From Eledone cirrhosa (Eukaryota), in contig OZ024742.1 in the NCBI GenBank assembly GCA_964016885.1, positions 116,808,001 through 116,872,000 of the forward strand: 64,000 bases of DNA. Direction: 5' to 3'. This document shows positions 59,091-64,000 of this stretch, piece after piece. Each line of letters starts with the position of its first letter. The stretch's first letter is position 1. The notes beneath the pieces are model-generated. The model saw only the letters and a program-made list of their open reading frames with translations, was not told the origin of the DNA and did not search any database. Position numbers and translations under genes: made by a program.

Positions 59091-59459
59091 AGTAGGCATC
59101 TCTATCAAAACACCCCCCGTCCCACCACCTCCACCCCATCCACACCGCCCCATTCAATGTAAAGTTATGTTGGTCCCACAACATCCAGGCCGAAACAAAT
59201 GAGATCGTGTAGGTGCCACGACAAAAAAATACACAGTCCACGCTATAAATGTGGCCGTGTAGGCAACACGGTAAAAATCTCCCAGCCCCACACTGTAAAT
59301 GTGGTTGGTGTTAGGAAGGGCATCCAACTGTAGAAAACCCGCCAGACAGTCCTATGCGAGCAAGACAACCACTCTTGCCTCAAGTGGGAAAACCCCCATC
59401 CAAACCCATGCAAGCGTGGAACACGGACGCTAAACCTGATGATGATGATGATGATGATG

Positions 59460-59460
<1 letters not shown>
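59088..59460 (+). mobile_element. RTE 3' UTR copy
   Basis: Near-identical reverse complement of the 3' UTR at 40902-41385, without its duplication. Confidence 0.9.
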
Positions 59461-59491
<31 letters not shown>

Positions 59492-59509
59492 TATATATAA
59501 TATATATAT

Positions 59510-61110
59510 CATCATCATCATCAACGTTTAACGTCCGTGTTCCACGCTTGCATGGGTTTGGACGGGGGTAGTCCCACTTGAGGCAAGAGTGATTGTCTTG
59601 CTCGCATAGGACTGTCTGGCAGGTTTTCTACAGTTGGATGCCCTTCCTAACACCAACCACATTTACAGTGTGGGTCTGGGAGGTTTTTACCGTGTTGCCT
59701 ACACGGCCACATTACAGCGTGGACTGTGTGTTTTTTTGTCGTGACACCTACACGATCTCATTTGTTTCGGCCTGGATGTTGTGGCACCAACATAACTTTA
59801 CATTGAAAGGGGCGGTGTGGATGGGGTGGGGGTGGTGGGACGGGGTGTATTTTGTTAGAGATGCCTACTGACTGTAGTAGGTTTTACTTTGTATTTAGGT
59901 AAGGCGGGTCTTCTCTATTACTGAGTACCGCCAAAGGTCTCGGTCCAGTGACATTGTCTTGGTGAGGTGTAAGTGTGTGAGGTCGGAATTTATCAGCTCG
60001 TCCCAGGTTTTTCTGGGTCTGCCTATTCCGTGGCTACCGTCTATCTTTATTGCCCTGCACTTTGTTATACAGCTATCGTCCTTCATGCCCATCACGTGAC
60101 CATACCAACGTAGCCTTCTCTCGAGTAAACAACATCTGATACCTCTTATTTCTAATTTTTTCCTTAGTTCGTTTATGCTTTGCCGTTCACGTATATTACT
60201 ATTACACATCCAGCGGAGCATGCAAGCTTCGTTTCTCTCTTGTCTGTGTATATCCTCTGCACACAATGCCCAGGTCTCACTGCCGTGCAACATTGCTGTT
60301 CGTATGCAGGCATCGTACAACCTGCCTTTCATTTTTAGGGAGAACCCTTTAGCGGCTAATAGTGGTATGAGCTCTCTGAACTTTTTCCACCCAGTTCTGA
60401 CTCTAGCTACTGTACTTTCAGAGCACCCTCCCCCACTGCTGATTTTGTCACCCAGGTAACGGAAGCTGTCCACTATTTCTATAGAACCCTCTGCGCAGTT
60501 GAAAGAGCTAGTATTTTTGGGGCACTTGCTGCTACTTATTGCCCCAGAACACCAGCCACATGTAAAATCTATGTTCTTAGTTAGCTTACCTGTGATCCCA
60601 CTACATCTTTTATGCACCCAAACTTTGCATTTGAGACACAAAATGGAGTTTCTACCTACGCCTTTCCTACACTCTGAGCATGGCCACTTCCCGGAGGGGA
60701 CCGCCGCCTTATTTTCTTTCTTACAAACTAGAACTTTAGTCTTAGCCAGGTTAATTTTAAGGCCTTTTGATTCTAGGCCGTGCTTCCATGTTTGGAATTT
60801 CTTCTCTAGCTCGGCCATTGTTTCAGCTATGAGCGTTAGATCATCTGCGTATAGGAGTTCCCATGGGCAGCCGGTCTTGAACTCCACTGTTATAGCCTGG
60901 AGGGCAATAATAAATAGTAGGGGGCTAAGAACAGAGCCCTGATGAACACCAACTTTTACACTAAACTCTTCACTATATTCGTTGTTAATTCTAACCTTGC
61001 TGACTGTTTCTTTATACATGGCTTGTATAGCTCTCACAAGCCATTCATCAACACCTAGTTTTCTAAGAGCCCACCAGATAATGGAACGGGGGACTCTGTC
61101 GAAGGCTTTT
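59510..61110 (-). mobile_element. RTE LINE copy lacking the APE and N-terminal RT regions
   Basis: From KAFDRVPR to the stop at 59895 it is highly similar to the 41410 ORF, including the PHD finger. Confidence 0.93.
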
Positions 61111-61439
61111 GGCCATCCGCGGCCGAAACAATGAGGAATGCTCGCATTCTCGTCCACGAGGTGTGTTTGTCTTTATCTTTGGCATTGTCGCTGAGCATCC
61201 AGATTTTTCTCTCTTCAACTCTCCGGAACTCCGTAGTCCTTCCATCCTACATATCGAAGGCGACCAGGTAAGCGATAGTATAGGCCTCTGGCTTATGATT
61301 GGTCCACGTAATAATAATGGTGGTGCGTGGGGGTGGGAGGGAGGTGTGTTGAGTTGTTAGCGAGAATAATAGGTTTAAGTGAGATCCTCGAATTTAACAA
61401 ACAAAAATACAAGATTTGTTTAGTAAAATACGCCAAAAA

Positions 61440-64000
<2,561 letters not shown>

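Noticed and set aside
59895-61157. 420-aa ORF as a complete protein
   Set aside because: The first ~16 aa come from across a junction, and the RT lacks its N-terminal motifs and the endonuclease.

Overview
AT-rich, repeat-dominated eukaryotic DNA that looks intronic or intergenic. The SINE, RTE and (TA)n landscape suggests a cephalopod such as Octopus (inference). No host protein-coding gene can be supported; there are only two weak micro-exon candidates. The real ORFs all belong to non-LTR retrotransposons. One is a frameshifted CR1-group LINE (24.7-27.9 kb, +). The others are RTE-clade LINE copies; the best (40.9-43.9 kb, -) has an uninterrupted RT ORF with a C4HC3 PHD finger embedded in it. 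Two tRNA-derived SINE families are abundant. The most notable signal is a set of sequence-unrelated short inserts in (TA)n tracts at about 14.4, 21.0, 22.2, 23.1, 28.0, 30.7, 45.4 and possibly 32-33.6 kb. Most are inverted duplications, and each carries a type-I hammerhead ribozyme motif (CUGANGA...GAAA...NUH) with a short, usually palindromic stem III. They are best read as Penelope-like element termini; one retains a GIY-YIG C-terminal remnant and one has a 115-nt stem II. The many (YI)n ORFs are microsatellite artefacts. All folds were paired by eye and not computed.
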